Part shown: positions 12,201 through 27,200 of the stretch, piece by piece
Position numbering within the stretch: the first letter of the stretch is position 1
Layout: each line of letters begins with the position of its first letter
Assembly: GCF_022045235.1 (NCBI RefSeq)
Contig: NW_027266283.1
Location: forward strand, 4,030,001-4,094,000
Length of the DNA: 64,000 bases
Origin: Haliotis cracherodii
Taxonomy: Eukaryota
Direction: 5' to 3'
The notes under the pieces: model-generated
Told to the model about the DNA's origin: nothing
The model's database searches: none
The model's input: only the letters and a program-made list of their open reading frames with translations
Made by a program: the position numbers and the translations under genes

Positions 12201-15200
12201 GGATTGTCTGGTCCAGACTAGATTATTTACAGACCGCCGTCATATAGCTGTAATATTGCTGAGTGCGGCGTCAAACAACAAACATGTTAATGTCACAATG
12301 GTGGTTGACTACGAGTACTTTTGTTCCAGATTGTGATCTGCAGTGTGAAAACGGCGGCAGTTTGAACAAAGAAACGTGTAAATGTACATGTGCCGGTGGA
12401 TACCGAGGTGCAGACTGTACACAAGATCCATGCACCACAGTATGTGTCAACGGCAAGGTCAACCAGGCCAACTGCGCCTGCGAATGCACGACAGGCTGGA
12501 CTGGTCCAAAATGCGGTATGCAAATTGAAGCTTACGTGTGCATTGGTTGTGATCTGCATGTATGTACCTTTTCTAATGTAACGATTTTGAGTGACCTGTA
12601 AAACTCCATACATGCTGTGTCGGTTGCGATCGGATATGGGGGCACGGGTGGCCCAGTCGTCGAAGGCGCCGCAATTCGCTGTGCAGAGTAGTCCCTTGGG
12701 CACACCAGAAACCTATGATTGTGGGTTCGAATCGAGCTTCGTCCCGATTGTGTTTGTCAGCACCATACCGTGCTCGTGGGTTTCACGGAAGTGGTAAAAG
12801 TCTGAGAACTGTATCACTTCGGGCTTTTCCCCCACATTAAGCTAACACACCGTAATACAATTGGAATACTGTGAAACGCAGCGTTTAACCCATCTAACTC
12901 ACTGCGTTCGGATATGAGTTACTTTGAATGACTTTCGTTTTAATTTTAACCAAATCAGATAATGCGCTATCACGGGATTCTGGTGCATCACTGGGTTGTT
13001 TAGTCCACTGGCGTCGGGGAGGAGTACTAATGCGAGATGTTTGGCAATATATACTACTCAAAACAAGTTAAGGAACACCCACAATTGGAAGGCTGGGTGT
13101 TGCAAGACCAACCAGCCATGATAGAGTAACTGTAGTCATATACAAAAAGTGTGTATTCTTAAACTTCTTTTGAGTAGTATACATAATGATTAATGTGAAT
13201 TGAGTGGCGGGCGTTACCGGTACAGCAGCACAAGTTTACCCTTTTCGCGAAAACCTGTCATCATTCGGTGATCTATTGGTATATTTTTCATCACTTTTAT
13301 GCAAGTTACGCTTAATTAACTGTTTCGGCAGATAATCGAGGCATTTCTAACGTTAACATTTTGTATTTGATATTACAGACTGTCAACTAACATGCAAAAA
13401 TAACGGGACGCTGGACAGTGCCAAATGTGAATGCACGTGTGCTGGTGGTCACCGAGGTGCCGACTGCAGCAAGCCCCCGTGTACGACGGCATGTGTCAAC
13501 GGGAAGGTCAACCAGGAGAACTGTGCCTGCGAGTGTACGGAAGGCTGGAGTGGTCCCAAGTGTGGTATGTAGTTCTTGTTGGTACACATTTCAAACGATC
13601 CAAACCTGAAGGCGACTTCGCAGGGACAACATAACCTTGCAAACACAATTTGGCTAACCAAAAATCTGTTTTCGCACGACATATGTTGATACTTAGCTCC
13701 TTCAGCTCTCTCGAATGCCAACGCAATTCTTGCAGCCGATGTAAGATAATATAGTTACTAGTATATCAACGAAATGTCTGATTTGTAAGAAGCGACCAGC
13801 GTATATATGTTTCACAACCCTAACAGTCCGAGGACGGTGAGGTTTTGGCCAAAATACTTAGACCGATGTTATTTCATGCCAAAAGATTGTCTGACTATTA
13901 GAAAAACAGTTTGTGAAGTACTTTACGAATTTTTTACTTGGTTTTTAGACATCGGCAATCTCAGTTTCGTCTTGAGAAACATGTTTTTTTGCATCCCTTG
14001 TTTACTCATTCTACTTCTACCCAATGCATTTATCCCCCCCCCCCCCCCCCCCCCCGCTACGAAATGGGAGGGTGCCGCAGGATGGAGTTTTTCCGTCCAT
14101 TTCTCAAAGGGGACAAATTCTGAAACTATTTAAGTCTGAGAATGAAATTTTACAGTAACTGATCTTGATCCAAAATGAGTTCGAAAATTGGCGTTATGGC
14201 CCTTGATCCATGTTTTACTTGGTGCAGAGTGTCTGCAATGGGGACAAGTTTTCTCAGAAACTACTGAAAGTTACATGATTGAAGCTCTGCACGCATATCT
14301 AAGAGATACTTATCAATTTGTTCTATAAATTAATTTTCCCAGAGAAGGTGCCTTTTGTTAAGTTAGCATTTAATATTTTTCCTGATGCCATAAAGCGGCC
14401 AAAATGACTAAATGCTTTATATAGGACTCTTTTCTCATAGTTAATATTCATAGTTTATATTCACTACTATATGAAAAAACAAAATTCTAATGTGCCCTAA
14501 AGTATGACTGATTGAATAGACTGAAATTACAGAAACAATGTTTTCACTTGATGTTATTATTTGCGCAATTTTCAAGCAACTCGCATAAAGTGATACTGAA
14601 TTTACACTAACGAAGTATTCAATGTTTGTGCAGTTTGCAAGCATCTCGTCATGAAAGGAAACAGAAAAGAAAACCGAATATGAAATTTATCAACATGTTC
14701 ATGTTTAGTGAGGACAAACATGGCAAATGAATTGTTTTATTAAAAAGTTTTATTAAAAAGTTTTATTAAGATTTAAGCATAATCTTAACGTGTAAACAAT
14801 ACATTTTTCATAATACATAGATGTTTGTCCACATGGAATATATGATTTATTTTTACAGTGTGGTATAGTCTGAGAAACTGTAATACTATCAATAAGAAAA
14901 GCCATCATCGCTTGTGAAGTTCACTAACATGTCACCAGCTGGAATTTGTCACAGACGAACACTGATTCTAACCAAGCCAGGTCGTCTTTGACATAGAATG
15001 CATGTACTGGTTGAGGGACTTCCCACAGATAGGATTAACCCCAAAATCCAAAATCCTCAAGTCATCCTATCTAAATAGTGTTCAGTAATCATTGCCAGAT
15101 TTCTCCAATAATTAACTGTGAACGCTATTACCCCCAAACCACCAATACTCAGTGTGGTCATTGGGCAATTGTAGAAATCACAAATACATAAGATCTTGTC

Positions 15201-18200
15201 TACATGGTCGCCTCCAATGATTAAGAACATCTTCATTCAGACAACATGAGTCTATGTGCATTTGCACCGCCTCCTTGGTCGGAGAGCGGAAGGTCCGAGG
15301 TCTCATCCCCGACCGCGTCATACCCAAAGACGTTAAAAGATGGTACTTGTTGTTACCCTGTCTGGCGCTCGGCATTAAGGGGCTAAAACAAGGACTGGTC
15401 GGCTCGGAGTCGGTATACTGTGTCTGAGTGGGGTATTCATGTTAAACTGCAACATGGTATCTCAGTGAGCTAGCACTATAAATCGGCATCAGTCCGGACA
15501 AGTACAAGCATCCACACATCATACACGTACATGCACGTCGCTATATAAGTGGGTTAATCTTGGACGCGACATTAAACCCCGTTTCACCTCACCTATATGC
15601 ATTTGCAATATCCTGTTATAAATAGTGGTATATGATAGAAAACGCATTCTGAATAGACATCTATAGTCGTCCACTAAACTTCCTTTTACTAATTCTTAGG
15701 AATCAATCGTTTGATAATCGTGGATTTTATCGAAACTAATAAATTGTTTGAAATTATTAAAAACATTATGCTTCAGACTGTTGAAAAAAACTTGTCCGCC
15801 ATTATAATTACATTGTTGCAGGGTGTATTTAATAGTGTGCCCATCGTTTTAATTAAAAAGATATATTTGGTTTTGCTTGTGTTACTGCAAAAAAATATAC
15901 TCTCCAGACAAAATGACGTTCGGTCGCCACGCCGAAGACCTGGGTTCGATTCCCGACATAGGTACAATGTGTGAAGCCCATTTCTGGTATCCCCCGCCGT
16001 GATATTGTTTGGTTTTATGTCGCCTTCATGAATATTCATTTTTAGTTGCCAAGTCATGTTGATACACAATGATGCGAGGTCTCCCTTGGACACTTATCCT
16101 GCCATCGCCAATAGTTTGCTATATTGTCTATTATTCACTCTGGCATTAAATCCAGTTACTGGATGAAGACATCGGTATTGTAACTTACCCTGCAAACTTT
16201 TGAACCATAATCGCGTGCGCAAATGCTGGTTAGAATCGAACCTTTAGTATTATATAATTTCTATGTATTGTAGACTGTAGCCTGAAGTGCCAGAACGAAG
16301 GAACCTTGGACAACGCTGCCTGCAAATGTGCATGTGCTGGAGGTTATCGTGGACGTGACTGCAGTAAGCCTCCCTGCACAACGGAATGTGTCAACGGAAA
16401 GGTCAGCCAAGAGAACTGTGCTTGCGAGTGTAACGAAGGATGGACTGGCCCAACGTGTGGTGAGTTTATTTATTATAATTTATATTTAACTATCGACTGA
16501 AATGTTGAAGGCTGATAATGGATGAAACAAATTAACGCGCTAACTGTTTTTACTTCGCCCTTTCAGCCTGTAATTTGAAATGTCAGAATGGCGGCACGTT
16601 GGATCAAGCCAAGTGTCGGTGCGCGTGTGCCGGTGGGTACCGCGGCGCTGCCTGCAGCCTGCCGCCTTGTACGACCCCGTGTATCAACGGCAAGGTGAAC
16701 CAGGAGAACTGTGCTTGCGAATGCAGCGAGGGATGGAGTGGACCAAAGTGTGGTACGTACATTGTAATTCGATTTTGTTCTTCATGGTTCACTTGCCTTT
16801 AAATTAATGTGAATAACAAATGTTTCAAAGATAAACTGTGTACATCTTCAAATTTAAAGTGATATTTTTTACTTGTTTGTTTATGTACTATTATATTAGC
16901 TTCATGGAGCTAATCATTCTGATACTTCAGGGGCGGTTGGGTAGCCTAGTGGTTAAAGCGTTCGCTCGCCACGCCGAAGACCCAGGCTAGATTACCCACA
17001 TGGGTAAATTGTGTGAAGTCCATTTCTGTTCTGCCCCTACGTGATATAACTTGAATACTGCTAAAATCGGCGTATATCCATACTCGCTCAAAAATAGTAC
17101 TATTGCTTGCAAAAATGAAAAGTTTAAATCTGTATATAGAACAGTTTCAATGCTCGCATTTTAGACTGCAGTCTTAAATGCGCCAACGTGGGTTCTTTGG
17201 ACAAAGACAGCTGTACATGTACCTGCGCGGGTGGATATCGAGGAGCCGACTGTACACAACCCCCTTGCAAGACGGAGTGCATCAATGGGAAGGTCAGCCA
17301 GAAGAACTGTGCTTGCGAGTGTACCAAAGGATGGTATGGTCCTAAATGTGGTGAGTTGGTTGGTGGGTTCTTCTAAAAGTTTGATACTTCTACAGAAGCA
17401 ATTTCTGGTAAATGACTTCAATGTGGCGATTTGTTTCACGTTGATGAATGGCAATATGACCATTTATTCGCTTTTTAAGATACATTCAATATTGTCCATA
17501 TTTACAGACTGCAGTCTTGTGTGTCAGAACGGAGGCACTTTAAACACCGAGAATTGTCAGTGTGCATGTACTGGCGGTTATCGGGGAAACGATTGTGGTC
17601 TTCCACCATGCAAGACGGATTGTGTTAATGGCAATGTCAACCAGAAGAACTGTGTGTGCGAGTGTTCAGAAGGCTGGAATGGTCCAAAATGCGGTTAGTT
17701 TTTAAAAGCATATTTATTCATATTTTGAAACTTTCCTCCAGGTCTTTACCAAATGTTACAAAAACATTTACAGCTTATTCGTTAATGTCAATGTCATTTG
17801 TATAACATGATGACACTTACTGCCAGTGATATATTCTGAACTTCTTTGTACTTAATGTAAGAGTCTGCCTCCCATGGAGAGCTGCACCTGCCCGGAGACC
17901 GGAAGGTCATTGGTTTGATGCCCTGGCTGCGTCATACAAAAAGGCAGGGTGTGGGGTGGGTGATATTTTCAGTAAAACGAGGGTGATATTTTCAGTAAAA
18001 CGAGGGTGATATGCTCATTAAAACTGGCGTGATAAGCTCAGTAAAACTGGCGTGATATCCTCATTAAAACGGGCGTGATATCCTCATTAAACGCAGAGCT
18101 TAATTAACCCGGAAATTCGTACGTTGATAACTACATTGTCAAATCAGATGACCAAAATCAATGAATACTTAAGAAATTATATTGAAACATATAAGGTTGT

Positions 18201-21200
18201 AAATCATAAAATGCAATTCAATGGATCAAATTAGCACCAATACCTAACTGATCCTATGTCAATGTACTCACAAAAGTCCAGGGTGCCATCTTCAAATGTC
18301 TTGAATTCACTTTCTGCAAGTCAGCCGAAGTGGAAACCGTCACATCACAATACTGCGCAAGGATCAAGTCTCATGTTCAGCCACAATATCATTCTACATT
18401 TTACGCGCAATTCTTATACTTATTTTTAAGATTTGATACGTTTGTTTATTCGCTTTTTCGTGTTTTTCATCGGCTCCCTTTCAAATTGAGTAGAATTTTA
18501 TACTTCTTTCAATACACAATCGTCTGTGTGACGAGTGTCAACGATCCATATTGAAGCATTCTCGTTTCGTCCCTAATACTTTCATAAATAACTAGGTCTG
18601 AAATATCTTTTACAGTTAATTCATAACAATTAATAGTGTTGCGTAGCTGTCCACTAAGCGATCTTAAGCGCTACGACTGGCACAATTCCAATAACAATGA
18701 CTTATGATCGTCAGTGCAAGGAAGGAAGTCTTGGTGGAACACGACCATCAATTTATAGTAGCTGTCTAGTTCCAAAAGTCTTCTCCTTGAACAGCCGATT
18801 ATTTCGTCAAATATTATATTGTGAGACAGTTATGAAAATTACTACACTGCTCCAGATTGCAACCTCAAATGTTTGAATGGTGGAACCTTGGACAAAGACA
18901 ACTGCACGTGCGCGTGTGCGGGTGGCTATCGGGGAAATGATTGTAGCAAGCCTCCATGTACGACAACCTGCGTAAATGGAAAAGTGGACCAGGAGACCTG
19001 TGCTTGCAAGTGTACAGAAGGCTGGACTGGGCCAAAGTGTGGTGAGTTCAAGTTTCCAGACAAATACTCCCAAGTGACCCGAGGGGGATGTAAAGCAAGG
19101 GTATTCAAAACAGGCCAATATGGATGTTAATACTTATGGAGGAACAGTTTCGGAGTATATGCTAACTTCAACAGGTGAATGAATGTTGGATGCAGAAAAC
19201 ATGCATGTACCTATAAGATAACAAAGGTAGAACTTGACAAGGAAGCCAACAGTTAATGGGCACTGATTGGTGATTAGCAATGGACAAATGGAAACCAGCC
19301 TGATTAGTCTTGATGGGGAGATAATGCAACAGATATATGGTACAGATTAATTAAATCAGTCGTGAACCACTGCTAATTAACACCCCTGCCTTCCATTTGT
19401 CCATTGGTTATTACCTGCCCGTGCTAATTGAACTATGTAAGCATACACTCCGAAACGTTGTTCCACAATATAAAGAAGTTGACATAAATATATTCTCACG
19501 TTTCACTTCTAAATGCCATTCAAAGACTTGAATATATTTGTGTCAAACGGAAGGCTGCATCTTTATGATTATGTACTGACTATTAAATTATGTGAATTTA
19601 CCATTTAGATTGCGGTCGTCAGTGCGGCAATAATGGCACCTTGAATGCGGACAAATGTGAATGCACGTGTGTTGGTGGTCACCGCGGTGCCAACTGTACC
19701 AAACCTCCCTGTACGACGGCATGTGTCAATGGCAAGGTCAACCAGGAGAACTGTGACTGCGAGTGTACAGCCGGGTGGAGTGGTCCCAAGTGCGGTAGGT
19801 TGCCTTCACCTTGTCACGAAATTTGGAAATTATAACTATTAAATATTGTCAAAAAATCGTAAATACTTAATCAAAACCTTACACAATTACGTTTAGTAGG
19901 AGATAGGAGCATGACACTATTTTATGGCTGGCTCTACTGCAAGCACTTGATAAGATATTTTAGATAAAGTATGTATCTCTGAATATTAGGCAGGTAACGT
20001 AACATAATAGTGCAATGGGGCTTTTCGTTTCCAAGATTGCAAGCTGAGCTGCGCCAATGGAGGGGCCTTGGACAAGGAAAAGTGTGAATGTGCCTGTGCT
20101 GGTGGTTACCGAGGTGCCGACTGTACACTTCCCCCGTGTAAGACGGACTGTGTCAACGGGAAGGTCAACCAGAAGAACTGTACCTGCGAGTGTAGCGAAG
20201 GCTGGAGTGGCCCTAAGTGTGGTAAGTATGGCAAATGATGATGCATTCTGATTTTCAAACTTTTGATATATCTGCAGATGTCGGACCAAGCAAACTTGGA
20301 TTCTATGTATAAAAGTTTAACAAAATTGTCCTAAGTAACGTTTTATTGATCCATAAAATGTCTTCTATGACACGGATTATGAAAAAAATAAATTAATGTG
20401 CACAACGTTCTTGGGCGACATCTTGCCCCTTTTTATGAGGCGAATGATAGGGTGGGAGAGCAAGCCACATCAAGTCTGTAATGTAAGACAGCCAAGGGCG
20501 TAAAACTCTGAACCACGGGTGCAGACGGCCATCCTCAGCGCTCAATAGTTTGGGAACGCCTCGGTCGTTTGCTACTGATAATCTTTAGAAAATAACAACG
20601 TAATAGATACGAATGAAGATGCACCAACTTTGTTTCCCTTTGTGGAAAATATTCGTTTAAGATGAGTCATAATGGTAAGTTAGTCTTCATTACCCTTTGT
20701 TTGCTTAATTCTACTTTTTGTACAATTTAATACTTCTATAGCTTAAAGAATGTTTTAAAAGATGCTTGATTATGTTGCAATGTACGAGGTCCCTTATACC
20801 TTCATACATCCCATTAAGGGAGTATCAGTTGGTTACATGGCACTCCTGTGGTATTGACCATTGAATCTCTCGAATACTGGTTTATCTGGTCCAGACTCGA
20901 TCTGAAGCAGATAAAATAGCAGGGAGAGTGGCCACTGCACCGTTAATTAACATCCCTCACTGGAAATGATCACAATCAGTTTATACAATGACAGATTTGT
21001 CTTTGCTTATTACCCAAGTAATACAGATAATATTTAATAATTATGAAATTGTTATTCACTGGTTTTTGGAGAAAGTAAAGCCATTACAAGATGCCATATT
21101 ACTCCTGTGTGCCTTGTCCTCTTCATCACATACTAGCATCAAGATTCATAACGGTGCAAATTTCCAAATTGTAATAACAGAATGCAACTCTATTTTGAAT

Positions 21201-24200
21201 GGGGATAACAATCGCTGATCTGGAGAGTGTAGTTAGCACATCGACTAAACACGGTGTGGTCACCTCGTTTCAACTGGGACATGTATGTCTAAAATATAAG
21301 CAACTGGTTTCCCGACCAGTGTACGTGACTGTCCACAACTGCTGTAGATGTTGGATAGAATTCAAATGTTGATGTAAGTTTCATTGGTGTCATCAACCAA
21401 AAACATAGTTAATATTGCTCTTAAACCTGTTAAAGAACGTCTGAAAACACAGACATGCTTGATAAGCAGTTGTTTGAAGCACATCAACACCAATGATAGA
21501 AGCTGCGGTCATGACGTCATGATAGTCAAGCTGAAACATTGTTCAAAGTGGCCTTCAGCCAGACTCGCTCACGACAATGAACTTACCAGTAGTTTGTGGC
21601 AATGTACACCCATAAATTTATTGATAACTGAAAGTTAAAAAGGCTCCACTGACCCTTCTTTTACACAGCATATCAAGGCAGGACAGGGTTCTTTGGGTAT
21701 CGCTGTTTAAAAGTGATTTGGCGTTAAAAAGAAAGTGACGCAAATAACCTCTTCCGTGGCCAAGTGAATACAGCTTCATACTGATCAGATGGTACTTGTT
21801 ACCATGCCTGGCGCTAAAAACAAGGCTCGATTGTCTCGGAATAAGTAGACTGTCTGTGTGGGGTATCCATGTTAAACGGCAGCATGGTAATTCCGGGATC
21901 TAGAACTATATAGCCGGCATTAACCTTGCACGCACGCTGAACACAATGAAGACCAAAGTTCAGTCCATTTCATTTTGATGTACATCTCTAATGGAGCCTG
22001 AAAATAAGCAAACCTTTCACCGGGACCTGTGTATCAAACGAACGAACGAAATGCAATGCAGAATTTGAATTGTGGTTTTGTTTTTTGTTTTGTTTTTGTC
22101 TTTTTTCGCCCTGAGATCACACATGAAAAAAATAGAACATGATCAGATACTGGTGTACATCAACTAGGATATGTATGAAATAGTAACAATTGTTTCAAAC
22201 GTATAAATAAATGCCAACACATGTATAGTATTGTAATTGCAGACTGTGAACTCAAATGTGCCAATAACGGTACCCTAAACAAGGACACCTGTAAATGTGC
22301 CTGTGTTGGTGGCTACCGCGGAGCTGACTGTGCACAGCCTCCCTGCAAGACAGCATGTGTCAACGGGAAGATCAACCAGAAGACGTGTGCCTGTGAATGC
22401 ACAGAAGGCTGGACTGGTCCCAAGTGTGGTTCGTGTTAAGCGTGGTCTTTCTCGGATACAGTGTCTTTCTAAAAGCTAACCGCTATTTGTTTCGAATAGA
22501 AACTTTTGGAATGACTGAAATTATATTCCTGTAGACGTTTGGGCAATTGACATTTCAGACTGCCAACTTGCTTGCAAAAACGGTGGGACCTAAGACAAGT
22601 TGAAGTGCCGTTTCATACATGCATAACATAAATTTGATAGTTTGACCTCTAAAAAGCCTAATCTGTGTCAGTTAGGATGGGCCAGATTAGGTACATTTGC
22701 GAAATATTTATTTCCCTATGATTTGTATTCATCAAATGAAGGGGGCGGTCGGGTAGCCTAGTGGTTAAAGCGTTCGCTCGTCACGCCGAAGACCAGGGTT
22801 CGAATCCCCACATGGGTACAATGTGTGAAGCCCATTTCTGGTTTCCCCCCGCCTTTTAGGCCTATTACAAAGGATGTTAAGGAGCTGTTTAAATTTTCAG
22901 ATTGCAGTTTAAAATGTGCAAATGGAGGAACACTTGACAAGGACAAATGTGAATGCACCTGCGATGATGAATACAGGGGTGCGGATTGCACCAAGCCCCC
23001 GTGTACGACGGTCTGTGTTAACGGGAAGGTCAACCAGGAGAACTGTGCCTGCGAGTGTAGCGAAGGCTGGAGTGGCCCCAAGTGTGGTGAGTAAAGATGT
23101 TTTGGAGTGGACCAACTTGTAAGTTGTGGCAAGTGTATGAACGATCTGCCGATCACTTCACACACGATTTAGCCGAATTTTAATTTAAACAAAATTTAAA
23201 GAAATTTTGAATGAAATTAATGAAATGGGTTACAAACATTATTCTAGATATACAACTAACACTTTTTGTAACCAGACAGTGTAATTACAAGATTACATTG
23301 TGTACCCTAGTACAGATTTGTTGACATGGTATTTCCGGTGTTACTCATTGCCAATGACTGTACGTGCTGACGGTAATGTCTTTGCGTTGGGGGGAGAAAC
23401 ATCAAAACTCATTATGGCGTGTATGATGCGCACCCCCTTAACACAGCTGTGTCTTTTTCGGAAAAAAGTGCGCATTATACTCAAGAAAATATGGTAGTTC
23501 CAATGTGATCCATCATAGATTTCAAGAAAAATCATAAAAAAACTACAATGAAAACTATGAAAGTAATAAGTAATATGCTAGTGTATTCCCGAATTGAAAC
23601 AATGTTAACCCAGAAATCCGTACGTACATCGTATGACTTTGTGTGAAACCAACAAACAACCAACAAATGGAATACAATCAACAAATGTATTACGAAATTA
23701 ACTAGGTTTACAAATCAATACAAATTACTTTACAGCAACTACAATGGCAGTACACAATAGTGGCAGTACAATATTCAATGACAGGATTTGATAATATGGC
23801 AGTGGTCAGTATCAAATACGAAAGCTGGTGTATATGTAATGAAATGTGTTAAATACGAATGACAGGCTCTCCTCCCCATATTAACAGTCTAACTAACTTC
23901 TGGAAATTTCCACACAGTGACATCACATCACCAAATATTCCACATGTTTCCATAACACTATCAGTCCACGGTATTCCATTCCGGAAGTGTACACATCACA
24001 CTAACATCTAAATATAGGAACTTCCACAAAACTGCTTACATTAAATAGTACTAAATTCCTGACTACTAATCACTGTCAAAATACAATACAACGAGCTTCT
24101 ACCGAATCTCAACAGAAATAATGTAATACAGTTACAATCACTGTGTAACAATAAAATACACTGACACCTAACAGTATATTGAACTCTATATGGGGCTAAA

Positions 24201-27200
24201 AAATAAGTCTTGGTTCTCAGGCACTGCCCTGATCATCATAAGGTTCATTGCACGTTTCGTTTGTTTCCATTTTCATTTTTTGTGTGCATTGATTTTTATT
24301 TCCATTTTCATTTCCATTTTCAAAAATATATACCAAAATCCTAATACTTAAACACAAACATGCTGCAGACATTATGATGATGCGGGTGGTGCCTGAGAAC
24401 CAAGACTATTGTTTTTTTCGCCTGGACTTCGGCATTGTATTCCCATACTTAAAACATACATTACCAAGACTTTACAAAGAGCTTTCATTTTGATTTTCTA
24501 CTGCGCTCCTGCACATAAATATTTGTCAAATTAACAATGCTGATTGCAGTCTGAAATCCGAATGATAGTACTCAATACGAACCTTATCTTTGAATCAGAT
24601 TGCAGTCTTAAATGCGCCAATGGAGGATCGCTGGACAAGGAGAAGTGTGAATGTGCCTGTGCTGGTGGTTACCGAGGTGCCGACTGTACGAAGCCGCCAT
24701 GTAAGACAGAATGTGCAAATGGAAAGGTCAGTCAGGAAACCTGTCTCTGCGAATGTACACACGGCTGGACTGGACCCAAGTGTGGTAAGTGGATGGGCGG
24801 AGTTTTTAACGAAAGTGTTCAGTTGGTCCTCTAACTGACCTCTAGTTACCATATGCAACCTCGTTCTTATATGAATGAGGAGAAAACCGACGGCTTTTTT
24901 ATTCATACCTTGTTACCATCACTAATACTACTCAAAATGTTTGACGTGCACGCAGTTATTTCATGTCATATTCTATTGAGTAGTATTGAGTATGAAATAG
25001 CCCCACAAGGATCAGGGGAATAGGTCTTCAGCAACCCATGCTTGCCGTAATTGGCAACTATGCTTGTCATCGGTGACTAACAGGATCGGTTGGTCAAGCT
25101 CGCTGACTTGGTTGATGTAGATCCTCGCAATCGGGATACGATGACATGCATGTATGCTCATGATATCCATCACTGGATTGTCTGGTCAAGGCTTGATTAT
25201 TCAGACCGCCGTCATATAGCTTGAATATTGCTGAGTGCAGAATTAAACAACAAATAAACGAATCAGAATGAAATGATATATTTCGATTTTGATTTATTCA
25301 TACAACTGATTTCTATCTGCATGAGCATCAGTGTGAACCTTAACTATTGTGGAATTGTTTTAAAATTATGTAGATTGCAACCTTAGCTGTAAAAACGGAG
25401 GAACATTGAACGAAAAAACATGTCAGTGCGCATGTAATGGCGGCTACCGTGGGGCCGACTGCAGTCTTCCTCCCTGCAAGACAAAATGTGTCAATGGCAA
25501 GGTCAACCAGAAGAACTGTGCCTGTGAATGCACAGCCGGATGGACTGGCCCTGCCTGTGGTAAGCATAGTTGTATTGCAAATAGTAGTAAATAGGCAGGT
25601 GAATAATTGACTTACCTTCGCAAGTGTTTGTGACGGTGCCATCGGTGGTACAGCATGTGCTAACTTTTGCAGAGTGGTGGTGGGGTAGCAGAGTGGTGGT
25701 GGGGTAGCAGAGTGGTGGTGGGGTAGCAGAGTGGTGGTGGGGTAGCAGAGTGGTGGTGGAGTAGCAGGGTGGTGGTGGGGTAGCAGAGTGGTGGTGGGGT
25801 AGCAGAGTGGTGGTGGGGTAGCAGAGTGGTGGTGGGGTAGCAGAGTGGCGGTGGGGTAGCAGAGTGGCGGTGGGGTAGCAGAGTGGCGGTTTGGGTAGCA
25901 GAGTGGCGGTTTGGGTAGCAGAGTGGCGGTTTGGGTAGCAGAGTGGTGGTTTGGGTAGCAGAGTGGTGGTGGGGTAGCAGAGTGGTTAAGTGTTCATCCG
26001 TAAAGCCAAAGGCCCTGATTCGATTCCCCATATGTACCATGGGTGAAGCAATTATTGGTGCACATCCATACTGATGGAATACTGTTGAAAGCGGCATTTA
26101 AACAATACTCGCTCATCTTTTCGCGAACACCTTGTACCATCACCATTTCATAAGGCATGTCTATGATATAGTGTGATCTTACAATGTACTCTGCTTTTAG
26201 CAGAGATTTATCATTATGAACAGTTTTATTGCCAAGCAGAACGATTAAACTGACTGGCACTTTTCCTGAGGATCAGGATGTTGGTGCCCCTAAGCAGTAT
26301 GCTTGATAAGCAGTTTTAAATGGTTGGAGTGACAATTTTGGAAGATATTGCGAATCATGTCATCATCATTGTCATAAGGGCATTATCAGGCGTTACAGCC
26401 GTAGAATACAAACGGTATCTAGATCTACAGCTGTAGTTGGGGCTCACACTAGGTGACCTTAACATAGGATTGTCATCGTTTTGTATATCATTGTCCAAAA
26501 AACCTGCTTCATGGCACATTACATTTTCGTTTCAGATTGCAGTCTGAAATGTGAGAATGCAGGTACTCTTGACAAGGAGAAATGCGAGTGCAGTTGTTCC
26601 GGAGGCTACCGCGGAAATGATTGTACCCTTCCACCATGCAAGACGGATTGTGTCAATGGCAAAGTCAACCAGCAGAACTGCGTATGTGATTGTACGCAAG
26701 GTTGGAGTGGTGCGAAATGCGGTAAGTGTTCTTCAGTGTTATCATTTATGCCCTCATACTGTTGGCACATAATTTGATGTCGTCCTTGATGCGTACATAT
26801 ATTTACTTCATTTCATTGGAGGAGGCACGGGTGGCCCAGTCGTCTAATGCTCCGCGATTCCCTGTGCAGAGTTGCGTCCCTTGGGCACACCTGAAACCTA
26901 TGATTGTGGGTTCGAATCCTTGTTCGCCCCGATTGTTTCGAGATTTGTCAGCACCACACCCATGCTCGTGCATCACTTCGGGCTTTCCTCCCACATTAAG
27001 CTGTCACGCCATGATATAACTGGAATAATGCTAAAAGCGGCGTTAATTCCAACTCGCTCATTTCATTGGAACAAGCCAAATTTCATATGTTAGCATTTGA
27101 TCACAAGTCATGGGTGTGAGATTCTATCACAAGTTCAAATGTTTAACAGGATTCAGGTGCACGATCCAAAGCTTCCTTACAAAGGTATCGGAATGCTGGA

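Noticed and set aside
13800-15200. Extra exons or a nested gene in the long introns (also 20.3-22.2, 26.8-28.8, 50.8-52.2 kb); C22 run at 14034-14055
   Set aside because: No cassette motif or credible ORF; AT-rich decayed repeats that I cannot classify.
6827-19490. Hammerhead-like motifs (CACCTGAAGGAACTCCGAAA at ~6828; inverted GCATA.ACTCCGAAAC pair at ~19141 and ~19441)
   Set aside because: The CUGANGA core or stem II is broken in every copy; at most decayed Penelope-like remnants.
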